IMG/VR virus record: IMGVR_UViG_3300021399_000166
Coordinates: 1,034-65,033 of that record
Source: a virus
Lineage: Duplodnaviria > Caudoviricetes
Length of the DNA stretch: 64,000 nt
Reading direction: 5' to 3' (one strand)
The notes beneath the pieces are model-generated. The model did no database searches. It saw nothing but the letters and a program-made list of their open reading frames with translations, and was not told where the DNA came from. The translations under genes and the position numbers were made by a program. This document shows, one piece after another, positions 1-9,493 of this stretch (positions within the stretch are counted from its first letter, which is position 1; each line of letters opens with the position of its first letter).

Positions 1-106
1 TGTTCTTTTGTTACTTCTTTTTTCATAAAAAAATGTTATTAAATTATTTCTCACCGAGTTAAGATAAATTTTTAATATATTTTATCATCATCGGTTGACT
101 ATCAGG

Positions 107-140
107 TGCAAAGTTAATACTATTTTTTGGAAAAACCAAA
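107..140 (-). promoter_or_regulatory. Bacteroidota sigmaA-type promoter
   Basis: Minus strand reads TTTGG-(~17 nt)-TATTAACTTTGCA, matching -33 TTTG / -7 TAnnTTTG; points to an ATG at 26 that runs off the window. Confidence 0.7.
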
Positions 141-158
141 CTTTTTCTCAACAAATTA

Positions 159-189
159 CAAAAAAATTACAAGCCCGTAGACTTGTAAT
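159..189 (-). terminator. Intrinsic terminator
   Basis: ATTACAAG-cccgtaga-CTTGTAAT stem followed by a U-tract on the minus strand, downstream of 223..477. Confidence 0.6.
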
Positions 190-222
190 CAATAAAAACA
201 ACCTTATTTGCTTGTAATTAAA

Positions 223-477
223 TCATAGGAAAATGGACATGAAAAGATATATAATCACAGTTATACCACTACCTATTGTAGCAAATAATAAATCCTGTTT
301 ATCAAATTCTGCATCATTCAGTTCCTTTATAAAGCCTATTAAATATATTACAAAAAAGCCTACAATTGTAGGAATTGCACCAAACGGTGTCAAAAGAGCG
401 TTAAGCCATGCACCTGCAAAGAAATGTGTCAACTTGTCTAGACCATACTTTTCACTTAAATAATCTGTTATCTTCAT
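223..477 (-). CDS. Small membrane protein (VanZ/YfiM-like DKxxHF motif)
   Basis: DKLTHF..G motif, three hydrophobic stretches, KE..D..D..D pattern. Confidence 0.5.
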   Translation of the reverse strand: MKITDYLSEKYGLDKLTHFFAGAWLNALLTPFGAIPTIVGFFVIYLIGFIKELNDAEFDKQDLLFATIGSGITVIIYLFMSIFL

Positions 478-511
478 TTTTTAGTGTATATAAAAAAAAT
501 TATTTTTAAAT

Positions 512-1645
512 TTACTCTTTTTCAATTGTCCAACCTTCAGGAACTGTAGAAGTTGTTCTTATAACGTCATCCAACCAGCTTGCTTCGGCGTTACCGACGA
601 ATGTACCTGTGGTAGATACATTATTTAGCCATCCACCCGTATATGAAGAATCTTGTCTTATATCAGTGGTAAACATTGCTTTAAGATAGTTTAATGAAGT
701 ACATTCTCCAAACATACCTGTATAACAATTATTTACAAGTGTTGTAGCCGGTAGTTCAGGTGCAGTAACAAGACTCGAACAACCACTGAACATAGCATTA
801 TAACAAAAGTCTACAAGTGTTGTAGCCGGTAGTTCAGATGCGGTAACAAGGCTTGAACAACCACTGAACATAGCATTATAACAACCTTCTGCAAGTGTCG
901 TGGCAGATAATACAGGTGCAGTAACAAGACTTGAACAACCACCGAACATAGCATAATAACATTCTTTCTCAAGTGTCGTAGCGGGGAGTATAGGTGTGGT
1001 AACAAGATTTGAACAACCACCGAACATAGTCGCATAACAGCCTTCTGCAAGTGTCGTTGCAGGGAGTACTTTCGGTGCGTATACAAGATTTGAACAATTA
1101 ACGAACATATTTTCATAACAATCTTGTACAAGTGTTGTTGCAGGTAATACAAGGTTTTGTGCATCAATAAGCCATTCACTATTTTTAAATAAATCACTTA
1201 AATAGAAATGTTCTAATACAGTTGCATCCGTAAAGTTATCACTAACAAGTAGAGACATAATATTACCTTGTATTTTAGCCTTAAAATTTTCTGAAGCCGT
1301 GATGAAATTATAACTATCATCAAATTTACTATTTATCATACATTTTACCAAAATAGTATCTCCTTCAGAAACATCTAGTTCATCATTTTCAACAACTTCT
1401 TCCCAAGTTTCTCCATTATCTTTTGAAATAGAAGGACCTTGTGTATAACCTGTGTCAATTTTAATATTACCACCTTCGGTTACAACAATCGTAAAATAGT
1501 CTTTTGAATAATCATGTGGTATTGGATTATAATAGACTTTTAAAGCATCTTCAGTATATGATACATTAGGCAAAAGAGGTGAATCTTGTTCTATGTACTG
1601 AGTATATTCATTTGTTGTTTCAAATAATTTAAGATAATTAGACAT
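512..1645 (-). CDS. BspA-like leucine-rich-repeat protein (putative adhesin)
   Basis: Six 26-aa repeats of the form VTAPxLPATTLxxxCYxxMFxGCSSL; 78-nt DNA periodicity (ACAAGTGTTGTAGCCGG at 735 and 813). Confidence 0.8.
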   Translation of the reverse strand: MSNYLKLFETTNEYTQYIEQDSPLLPNVSYTEDALKVYYNPIPHDYSKDYFTIVVTEGGNIKIDTGYTQGPSISKDNGETWEEVVENDELDVSEGDTILVKCMINSKFDDSYNFITASENFKAKIQGNIMSLLVSDNFTDATVLEHFYLSDLFKNSEWLIDAQNLVLPATTLVQDCYENMFVNCSNLVYAPKVLPATTLAEGCYATMFGGCSNLVTTPILPATTLEKECYYAMFGGCSSLVTAPVLSATTLAEGCYNAMFSGCSSLVTASELPATTLVDFCYNAMFSGCSSLVTAPELPATTLVNNCYTGMFGECTSLNYLKAMFTTDIRQDSSYTGGWLNNVSTTGTFVGNAEASWLDDVIRTTSTVPEGWTIEKE

Positions 1646-1697
1646 AAGTTATTTTTTTTTATTTATATTTATTATTATTTATAAATAGTTTAGTAAA

Positions 1698-2546
1698 ATG
1701 AATGTTTGTATACTTACAATTATTAAAAACGAACAAGAATATATTAAGGATTTTGTGAAATACCATTTAAATATTGGTATTGACCATATTTTCTTTATCG
1801 AAGATTATGGAAGTTTGAGTCATTTACCACAAATTAATTCCTTTTCTGATAATAATGTCACTTTATTATCAATAGACGATATTATTAAAGAAGAAAATAA
1901 AGAAAGAATAGATTATTGCTTAAAAAATAACAATTCATATCAAGGATTTGTATTAAAAAATGGCTTGGATTTTATAAAAGAAAATACAAATTATGATTGG
2001 TGTTTCATTATTGATATTGATGAATATATTACAATTGGAAAAAATAATGAACTGAATTTAAAAGAAACTCTTAATATTTTTAATGATTATGAGGCTCTTG
2101 TTTTATCATGGATGAATTTTGGGGCAAATGGCAACGTGTACAAACCGAATTATAATGAAAAATCGATTCCTGAGATTTATACGGAAAATATATCATTTCA
2201 AAAATGTGACAGAGCAGGGGGTAACTTAAAAACTGTCTATAATTTAAAAAAATGCAATGATAAAACCTTTCTCACACAGCATGTACCACGTTTTAGTTCG
2301 AAATGGTGTGATACTAATTTCATAAAAAACAAAAATAAAACAGTATATGACAAACTATATCTTCGTCATTATATAACAAAGTCATGGGAAGAATATGTTT
2401 GGAAAATATCGGTAAGAGGGATGTTTCACAAAAATCATCGCAATTATGATACATTCTTTGAATTGAATGAAAATATGAAAGATAAAAAAGAAGAATTAAT
2501 GGGTATGATTGATGACATTATTGCTAAATATAATAAAAAAGGATGA
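1698..2546 (+). CDS. GT-A fold glycosyltransferase (GT2/GT92-like)
   Basis: N-terminal CILTIIKNEQEYIKDFVKYHLNIGIDHIF motif, DxD motif (DIDEY), late LRHY motif. Confidence 0.75.
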   Translation: MNVCILTIIKNEQEYIKDFVKYHLNIGIDHIFFIEDYGSLSHLPQINSFSDNNVTLLSIDDIIKEENKERIDYCLKNNNSYQGFVLKNGLDFIKENTNYDWCFIIDIDEYITIGKNNELNLKETLNIFNDYEALVLSWMNFGANGNVYKPNYNEKSIPEIYTENISFQKCDRAGGNLKTVYNLKKCNDKTFLTQHVPRFSSKWCDTNFIKNKNKTVYDKLYLRHYITKSWEEYVWKISVRGMFHKNHRNYDTFFELNENMKDKKEELMGMIDDIIAKYNKKG

Positions 2547-2575
2547 TATGTACATCATCCTTTTTACTTGTTATG

Positions 2576-3736
2576 TTATATCGTATATATACCCAAAGGT
2601 GTTCCTTTCTGTATTTCCTTCATGCTTTGGACAAGTTCTGCCTGTTTTTTCATTGTTTCATAAGGTGTCATGCGTTGTAACCTTTCCCTGAGTTCAGTCA
2701 TTGCAGTTTCACGTTCCTTCTGACCAAGGTTGATAAGTGTGTTATAATCCATTACTAATTGATTATTTATCATACCAATCTGTCCTGAGAATTTTCCTCT
2801 TATCAAACCCAACGTTTCTGCGGCTTCCGCAATTAACAGACGACGTATCAATGCCTTTGTTGGTGGATTGAAGAATGCATAATCCATTTCATCAAGAGGT
2901 ACTTGGTCAGGTGATAATATTACGTCAGGATTGTTCCTACGACATTCATCTGCATCACCACCACTTGTATCATAATATGTATACCATACATAACAATTAT
3001 ATAATGGATATGTATTCACACCACCCGCACCAAATGTAAAACGACTACCAGGTGTACTTAAAAGATGTATTAAATGTCCGCCGTCAGATGTTGCTGTTAT
3101 CTGATATATTAAGTCACTTCTTAACAATTGTTGTTTGAATGACATATCTGTTGCCATTGTCGCAATATCGGCTGCGGGTAAAGCCCATATTCCTGCGCCC
3201 ATGCCATATGCTGAATTTACGCCACCGAATACACCTGCTGCGCCCATGCCCATCTGACCGAACACACCACCACCGAAGTTTGTGCTTAAACCACCGAAGT
3301 TACCCCATATTGCTGCGTCAGTGGTAGGGGGTGTTACCCACATAACCTTATTAATTTCTCTACCTGGTGGTATATAATAAACTTGTTTGCCTTTTTCAAT
3401 CTCAAAAAAGTCCTTTTTCAACTCATATTTACCATAGCTTTGCAGACCGACCTGCTTACTGAACCAACTTGCATAGTCTTTTGTCATATCAAGGCTACGG
3501 AGTGATAATGCTTGCGCAATTTCGTTGTTAGACAATTGAATACCTGTCTGTTTACCGAAAAGTGCAGCCCAGTTACTCTCTATGATAAAATTTTGTACTG
3601 CTTCCGCATAATTGCCGATTGCGATATCAAGTAAATCGCACAAATCATCGTCGGTAAGTTCGATTTTTCTAATCGAGGCCCCTAATTTTCGCCTAACTTG
3701 GCGAAAAAGTTTTTCTTTTTCCTTATCTAATGTCAT
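2576..3736 (-). CDS. Neck protein (T4 gp13-like)
   Basis: N-terminal RRKLGA..IELTDDDL..L..A signature; C-terminal LGLIRGKF..G..L pattern; next to other head-tail joining genes. Confidence 0.65.
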   Translation of the reverse strand: MTLDKEKEKLFRQVRRKLGASIRKIELTDDDLCDLLDIAIGNYAEAVQNFIIESNWAALFGKQTGIQLSNNEIAQALSLRSLDMTKDYASWFSKQVGLQSYGKYELKKDFFEIEKGKQVYYIPPGREINKVMWVTPPTTDAAIWGNFGGLSTNFGGGVFGQMGMGAAGVFGGVNSAYGMGAGIWALPAADIATMATDMSFKQQLLRSDLIYQITATSDGGHLIHLLSTPGSRFTFGAGGVNTYPLYNCYVWYTYYDTSGGDADECRRNNPDVILSPDQVPLDEMDYAFFNPPTKALIRRLLIAEAAETLGLIRGKFSGQIGMINNQLVMDYNTLINLGQKERETAMTELRERLQRMTPYETMKKQAELVQSMKEIQKGTPLGIYTI

Positions 3737-3881
3737 ATTATTATACTTTGTTTTTATACTAATAAATATTATTTTTGCATAAAAAACAGAATTATTAAAA
3801 GAAAAAGGAATATACAGTATACATAATTGTGGAATAAATGTTTTTTCAAAGATATTTATGTAAAGAAATTCTATTAATTAA

Positions 3882-4280
3882 ATGAAACAATTTGTAATAA
3901 ATAAGAATTCCACATTGCCTTATTTGGAGATTGAGGCAATTCATGACGGAAGACATACATATAAGAAACTTTATCTTGCGTTACAGGCTGCGACGGTAAC
4001 TTTTTCAATGACTGATATTGAAACGGGTATAAAGAAGATTGCCAATGCTCCTTGTGATATTATTCCGTTTGATACGGAAGAATGTGAAGAAAAATACAAA
4101 ATACGTTATAAATGGAATAAACGTGATACTTCTGACAGTGGTGTTTTTCTTGGTCAGTTCAAGATAAAATTTGACAGTGATATAACAATGGAAGGTATGC
4201 ACTTCCCAAAGGGCGAGTTAATTGTACCAATTGCAGAAGAATTACAAATTATTATCAATGACGGAAGTATAAAACAATAG
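3882..4280 (+). CDS. BppU N-terminal-like virion protein
   Basis: STLPYL..., VTFSM, Y.W...DT...G.F.GQF.I.F pattern. Confidence 0.55.
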   Translation: MKQFVINKNSTLPYLEIEAIHDGRHTYKKLYLALQAATVTFSMTDIETGIKKIANAPCDIIPFDTEECEEKYKIRYKWNKRDTSDSGVFLGQFKIKFDSDITMEGMHFPKGELIVPIAEELQIIINDGSIKQ

Positions 4281-4288
4281 ATATTGCA

Positions 4289-4726
4289 TCAGATATATTC
4301 CAATGCAATATCTCTTTTCGCTAACATTTTGGCTACTTCTTCGACACATTGCCCGAAATGAATGACAATTCTGCCGTTTTCGGGATATTCTTCTGCTTCT
4401 TCAAGATTTTCACTTGCCAAAGCAACTATTTTATCACGGCAGTCTTGCATTGAGAAACAGCAATTATTCTGAGCCAAGTCCAATTTGACTTCGGTCTTTA
4501 TTTCAGCAATGTATTCATACATATCATCTTCGGGTGTCAGGTCTCTCATTACACAAGCAGGTTTGTTTTCCCAACCTTCCGCCCAAGCCATTTCTGAATC
4601 TTCAGAAATAAGAAAATGATATATATTGTCATTATCAGCATTTTTGCCGATATAAAGTACATAGATAATTTTTAGTTCTTTATCATTTACTTCATTTGTA
4701 TTGTTGTTTTCTGATAATGTCTTCAT
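4289..4726 (-). CDS. Hypothetical protein
   Basis: 145-aa acidic ORF co-oriented with the exonuclease and helicase. Confidence 0.7.
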   Translation of the reverse strand: MKTLSENNNTNEVNDKELKIIYVLYIGKNADNDNIYHFLISEDSEMAWAEGWENKPACVMRDLTPEDDMYEYIAEIKTEVKLDLAQNNCCFSMQDCRDKIVALASENLEEAEEYPENGRIVIHFGQCVEEVAKMLAKRDIALEYI

Positions 4727-5240
4727 CTTTTAGTTTGAATTTTTCTTTTAATCTAATAAATATTTCGGCAGAAGCAATTGCATCATCCAATGCGTTATGG
4801 TGCTTCCCCATATTATAATTCAATGCTTCACATACAAGGTCTAAGCCTTTACTTTCTAATTCAGGAAGATATTTTCTTGATAATGACAAAGTACAGATAT
4901 ATTCATATTTATAATCTGTGTCATAATATTCATTACAAGCATTGATACAGCCTCTTTCAACACCATAGTTATGTGCAATCAAAGGTGATTTACCTATCAT
5001 CTTATCAATTTTTTTCCATATTTGAGGAAAAGTGGGTGCGTTTTTTACATCTTTATAATGCAAACCATGTGTCTGCACACAATAATAATTTTCATTTTTG
5101 GAAGGTGGACACACCAAACTGTAAAAGGTATCGACTATCTTGTTATTCTCAATGACTGCAATACCTACAGAGCATACTGATACTGGAAGTGTGTCCAATT
5201 TTTCAAAGTCAATTGCGACATATCTGTTTTTCTTAGCCAT
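4692..5240 (-). CDS. DEDDh 3'-5' exonuclease (DnaQ-like)
   Basis: ExoI AIDFE, ExoII IAHN, ExoIII HHNALDDA. Confidence 0.9.
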   Translation of the reverse strand: MAKKNRYVAIDFEKLDTLPVSVCSVGIAVIENNKIVDTFYSLVCPPSKNENYYCVQTHGLHYKDVKNAPTFPQIWKKIDKMIGKSPLIAHNYGVERGCINACNEYYDTDYKYEYICTLSLSRKYLPELESKGLDLVCEALNYNMGKHHNALDDAIASAEIFIRLKEKFKLKDEDIIRKQQYK

Positions 5241-5259
5241 TTACAGTGTGTTTAATAAA

Positions 5260-7146
5260 TTATTTTTCCTTTTCACTCTTGATTGTTTTATTCATTATTA
5301 ATTCTTTTTTCATAACTTTATCAAACATATTCTGAGATATTGAATCATTGAACAATTGATATATACAAGTTACGTCTTTTGTTTGATTCAAACGGTAAAT
5401 TCTATCGCAAGCTTGTAGATTATCGGCTGCAACCCATGAATATGAATTAAAGACAAGCGTATGTGCGACTGTCAATGTAAGACCTACGGAACATGCTATT
5501 ATTTGTCCTATGAACACTTTGACTTTTGGGCTATTCATAAATTCATCTTGTGCTTTGTCCTTTTGTTTAAGTGTCATTTTGCCGTCATAGACGACACATT
5601 TGTTGCCATAATACTTTTTTAGTTCTTCGATTTCTTCTGTGAAGGTACATATTATGATAACTTTCTCACCATCTTCTATTTTTTCGTCCACCAACTGTTC
5701 GGTATTTTTTATCATTTCCTTGGCAAGATATTGTCTTACCAACATTCCTTCTACTAATTGGCGGTAATCCTCTGATTTTTCATTACCTTGTTCCATTTGT
5801 GCCTCCACATATTCGTTCCATAATTCGTTATATCTCTTCATTTGTGTATCAGAAAGGTCATAGTATCGTGTTACAATATTCTTATCAACCATTTCAGTCA
5901 TTTCATGAAGTAATCTCCTTATGTATATGTGTTTGATTTTTTCTTTCAGTTCATCGAGATTGGAAGCACCACCTGTAAGCATTATTTGCTTGCCTGTTTT
6001 TAACGTTATTTTTTTACCTTCACAATATCTTTTTGCATAATAGTTATAGTCACGTGTAACGTCTGCGTCTATGAGTTTCAATACGTGATATAAGTTCATC
6101 GGCTTATTAGTCAGTGGTGTTCCTGTCAAAAGGAATATGTATGGTATTTTAGACCTTTTAAGATAATCTTCGATAACTTTATATCGTATTGAAGTATTGT
6201 TTGACAATTTGTGTGCTTCATCGATGATTACACAGTCGAAATTTTCAAGAAAGAGGGGACTTTTGGAAAGGCATTCCTTTATAGTATCTTTTTTAAGACT
6301 TTTGCGTGTCTTGGGTATTAATTTACCGTTAGACCCCTTGACCATTTTTGGAACTTTTATTTCATTACCATTTTCGTCTATCTGTTTTTCATATACGATT
6401 TCGCATGGTACTGTGTAGAAATTGTCTAATATATCATAGTTTATGATGGTATATCTTGTTCCGTTTTTCCATTCGTTACCATTTATGATTGTTACATCTG
6501 ACGGGTCGTTATATGCGCATATTTCCCTCTTCCAATTGGTTTTCAATGAGGCAGGACATATTATCAATATCTTCTTTGCACCTGTTTCCATTGATGTGAC
6601 GACAATTTGACGGCTTTTACCACAACCCATTGAATCTGCCAAGATACATTTCTTGTTTTTAAGAAGAAATTCAATTCCTTCCTTTTGTGCCTGTTTTAAT
6701 CTCGTTCCGTCTCTTTCAAGTGTTATCTTGTCATATTTGTCAAAATCAATATTAAGTCTTATCTCGCTTGTTTTGTCAATGAGATTATTCAGTATATAGT
6801 GTTTTCTGACATACATCAATGTCGGTTTTACACTCTTTCTGTATTGTACATAGCAATGGAGGCTTTCACCCATTTCTCCAATAACACGACCAATGTATAT
6901 TTTTTCAGGCTTGAATTCCAAATTATATTTTTTCATCATAATTTCACCAAAATCACTTGAAATCTTGACTATTTTATTTACCTCGTATGATTGGAAATCA
7001 TGATTGTTCAAAATATAGGTTACATCGAAATCACCTAAAGCATATGAAGTGTTTTTCACTTTATAGCAATAGTAAAGTATTTGGTTATTAGTACCTGTAT
7101 AGTTTTTTAGTATGTCATATGCTTTTTCGCAATCGTTCGTATTCAT
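5260..7146 (-). CDS. SNF2-family helicase/translocase
   Basis: LADSMGCGKS Walker A, IIDEAH, LTGTP, QACDRIYRLNQ motif VI. Confidence 0.9.
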   Translation of the reverse strand: MNTNDCEKAYDILKNYTGTNNQILYYCYKVKNTSYALGDFDVTYILNNHDFQSYEVNKIVKISSDFGEIMMKKYNLEFKPEKIYIGRVIGEMGESLHCYVQYRKSVKPTLMYVRKHYILNNLIDKTSEIRLNIDFDKYDKITLERDGTRLKQAQKEGIEFLLKNKKCILADSMGCGKSRQIVVTSMETGAKKILIICPASLKTNWKREICAYNDPSDVTIINGNEWKNGTRYTIINYDILDNFYTVPCEIVYEKQIDENGNEIKVPKMVKGSNGKLIPKTRKSLKKDTIKECLSKSPLFLENFDCVIIDEAHKLSNNTSIRYKVIEDYLKRSKIPYIFLLTGTPLTNKPMNLYHVLKLIDADVTRDYNYYAKRYCEGKKITLKTGKQIMLTGGASNLDELKEKIKHIYIRRLLHEMTEMVDKNIVTRYYDLSDTQMKRYNELWNEYVEAQMEQGNEKSEDYRQLVEGMLVRQYLAKEMIKNTEQLVDEKIEDGEKVIIICTFTEEIEELKKYYGNKCVVYDGKMTLKQKDKAQDEFMNSPKVKVFIGQIIACSVGLTLTVAHTLVFNSYSWVAADNLQACDRIYRLNQTKDVTCIYQLFNDSISQNMFDKVMKKELIMNKTIKSEKEK

Positions 7147-7170
7147 GAATTAATCACATATATCTCTTTG

Positions 7171-7196
7171 TGCAAATATAACACAAATTTTCCAAT
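7171..7196 (-). promoter_or_regulatory. Bacteroidota sigmaA-type promoter for SNF2 operon
   Basis: Minus strand ATTGG...TATATTTGCA, 25 nt upstream of the ATG at 7146. Confidence 0.6.
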
Positions 7197-7240
7197 TAAC
7201 CAACTATTTATGAGAAAAATAACATATAAAATTGTAAAAA

Positions 7241-7762
7241 ATGCTCAATAATCTTAAACTACCATCAAGGAATAATATGTTTTATTCTGAAGAGGACTTT
7301 TTTCTTGAGAATGAAATTGTAGAAGGTTATATAGAAGAAGACCTCAATCAGAGTGTCGTTGTATATGAGGTGGATAGAAAGAAGAGCAATGTAAACGCAA
7401 TTTATAAAGAAGCCTCAAAGGGTAATATAAGATATAAGCCACCAAGGGAGATACCTTGTATTTATGAAATAAAGGATGCCGAGATAAAATCTTTTGACAA
7501 CAAGAGTTCAAACGCTGTCTATGCACAGGATGGCAATTTGGTTTTCTATGTATTGACCAAGACACTTGAAAAATACATGGTTGATATAAAACGTGGTGAC
7601 TATATTGGGGTGAAAATTGACAGTAACCGAATGAAATATTACACGGTTGTCAATGATGGAAAGGTAAATACCGCCAATTCGCATTTGATAGGTGCATATA
7701 AGCCTGCATGGAGAACAGTTGAATGTACTTTGGTTAGTGATATATCAGAATTTAATGGATAA
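7241..7762 (+). CDS. Head closure/neck protein (T4 gp14-like)
   Basis: Size, position before the gp15-like gene, IKRGDYIG..Y..V.D pattern. Confidence 0.5.
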   Translation: MLNNLKLPSRNNMFYSEEDFFLENEIVEGYIEEDLNQSVVVYEVDRKKSNVNAIYKEASKGNIRYKPPREIPCIYEIKDAEIKSFDNKSSNAVYAQDGNLVFYVLTKTLEKYMVDIKRGDYIGVKIDSNRMKYYTVVNDGKVNTANSHLIGAYKPAWRTVECTLVSDISEFNG

Positions 7763-7768
7763 TGCTTT

Positions 7769-8902
7769 ATGAGGACACAACCGAAAAAAAATATAACGAA
7801 AATAAACAAGACACAAGTTCCTTTTGGAAAACAAGTAAGATTGGGCTATCAGAAAAAGATACTTGATAAATCTGCTGTTTTCCCAAAACCCCTTGAATAT
7901 GATGATATAGATAAGGCTGTATTTGAATTTGTTGAAAATGAGATAGACATTGCAGTTGATGGCGAAAAAGTACCTACATATACCCTTTACAGTAACCAAA
8001 GGTTTTCAGAATATAGCCAAATGTGGGAACATAGTGACGAAAATGGCAACCTGTATTTGAATTTCAAAACAGTAAACAGAGATAAAAACCCGTCATTTGG
8101 CGGAAACCAAGGTAATTTATGGAATGTACCTGGAAATAGACGATATACAATATTGCAAAAAGACGTACTTGATGATAACGGAACTGAAAGTATTGAGGTC
8201 TATTCAATGTCACAACCTTATACGGTAGATTTGACTTATACAATAAATTTCATTACCGTTACGCTTGAAAATCTCAATGTTTTCAATCAGAAAATAAATA
8301 AGTTATTTGCTTCAAGGCAGCACTATATAAGACCAAATGGACATTTTATACCTATGGTTATAGACGATATCAGTGATGAAACAAGTTATTCTATTTCTGA
8401 CCGTAAATTCTATGTACAGTCAGTAACGATTAAACTTATGGCTTATATCATTGAAAAAGATGATTTTGAAGTAAAAAGATTTCCGAAGAAAACTAACATT
8501 ATAACTAATGGAATCTCTTCAAAAAAACCCAAAAACTGTGTTCAAGTTGAAGAAGAAGATAATCCGATGAAGAATAAGACTCTCAATGTTATTATGACAT
8601 TTGAACCTTATCATAATACTACGGAATTTACTTTTGATACTGATATGACAGTTGAAAGTGTTTTTTTTAAAAACGTAAGAAACTATCGTGTCATGGTTAA
8701 CGACACACTCTATTATACACAAAAGGGCTTTAAACTTAAAAATGAAGATAAGGTTTTTGTGAAAATAACACCTTTGGATTATGAACAGGAGAGTATGGTA
8801 CAATTTATCGGCTTTGAAGAAGGTGTATATTATAATTCGGATGTAATTACAGAAAGCGTTTCAGAAGAAATACCTACACATGAAGAAATTATTGTTGAAT
8901 AA
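7769..8902 (+). CDS. Tail terminator/sheath stabiliser (T4 gp15-like)
   Basis: DID.A..EF..., P.TVDLTY.I pattern; position upstream of the sheath gene. Confidence 0.45.
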   Translation: MRTQPKKNITKINKTQVPFGKQVRLGYQKKILDKSAVFPKPLEYDDIDKAVFEFVENEIDIAVDGEKVPTYTLYSNQRFSEYSQMWEHSDENGNLYLNFKTVNRDKNPSFGGNQGNLWNVPGNRRYTILQKDVLDDNGTESIEVYSMSQPYTVDLTYTINFITVTLENLNVFNQKINKLFASRQHYIRPNGHFIPMVIDDISDETSYSISDRKFYVQSVTIKLMAYIIEKDDFEVKRFPKKTNIITNGISSKKPKNCVQVEEEDNPMKNKTLNVIMTFEPYHNTTEFTFDTDMTVESVFFKNVRNYRVMVNDTLYYTQKGFKLKNEDKVFVKITPLDYEQESMVQFIGFEEGVYYNSDVITESVSEEIPTHEEIIVE

Positions 8903-8935
8903 TTTCAGTAAACTTTTTATTTTTATTTGGTTTCC

Positions 8936-9019
8936 CTAGTATACACTAGTACTAGTATTTATATTATTATTTTAAATATTATATTATATATACTAGTTTA
9001 TACTAGTACTAGTACTGGT
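8936..9019. repeat. Palindromic ACTAGT hexamer array around an A/T-only core
   Basis: CTAGT 8936; ACTAGT at 8945, 8951, 8992, 9002, 9008; ACTGGT 9014. Confidence 0.85.
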
Positions 9020-9052
9020 ATATTTAAAAAGAAAAAATAAATAAAAAAGAAA

Positions 9053-9412
9053 ATGATTATGAAAAAACTTTCAATCCAACAAGTGCTTAATTGTAATCGT
9101 ACATTATTCAAGATTTTTGAACAACAAAGTACTTTTCCTGTCAGTATTGGTTTTAAAATTTTTTCAATTATGAAAAAATTCGATGAGGTCGAGGAATATG
9201 TTTTCAATGTATTGGAAATGACTTTTCAGGATATTGATTTTAATTCAATGACAGAAGAACAAAAAATGTTCTATAATAACGTTGTTTCTTCTGAGATAGA
9301 ACTTGATTTCGAGACCATAGATGAAAAGTTCTTCAAAGAAAATGAAACTGTCATGCTTACTATCGAGGATATTTCAAACTTGGGCATAATTTTAAAAGAA
9401 AAACAACAATAA
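9053..9412 (+). CDS. Hypothetical protein
   Basis: 119-aa ORF in the structural operon. Confidence 0.7.
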   Translation: MIMKKLSIQQVLNCNRTLFKIFEQQSTFPVSIGFKIFSIMKKFDEVEEYVFNVLEMTFQDIDFNSMTEEQKMFYNNVVSSEIELDFETIDEKFFKENETVMLTIEDISNLGIILKEKQQ

Positions 9413-9493
9413 ATATCAACCTTATCGGTTTTTGGACTTTTTATTGATATTTATTATTAAATAACAGAAAATAATTATAACATAGTTTTAAAT

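Noticed and set aside
700-1150. CRISPR-like array in the 78-nt and 93-nt repeats
   Set aside because: Unit lengths are multiples of three, lie inside coding frames and have no unique spacers.
811-1197. Alternative-frame and antisense ORFs in the track (e.g. 811..1197, 34419..34889, 50785..51273, 53557..54048)
   Set aside because: They are shadows of real genes or repeats, with no motifs or promoter context.
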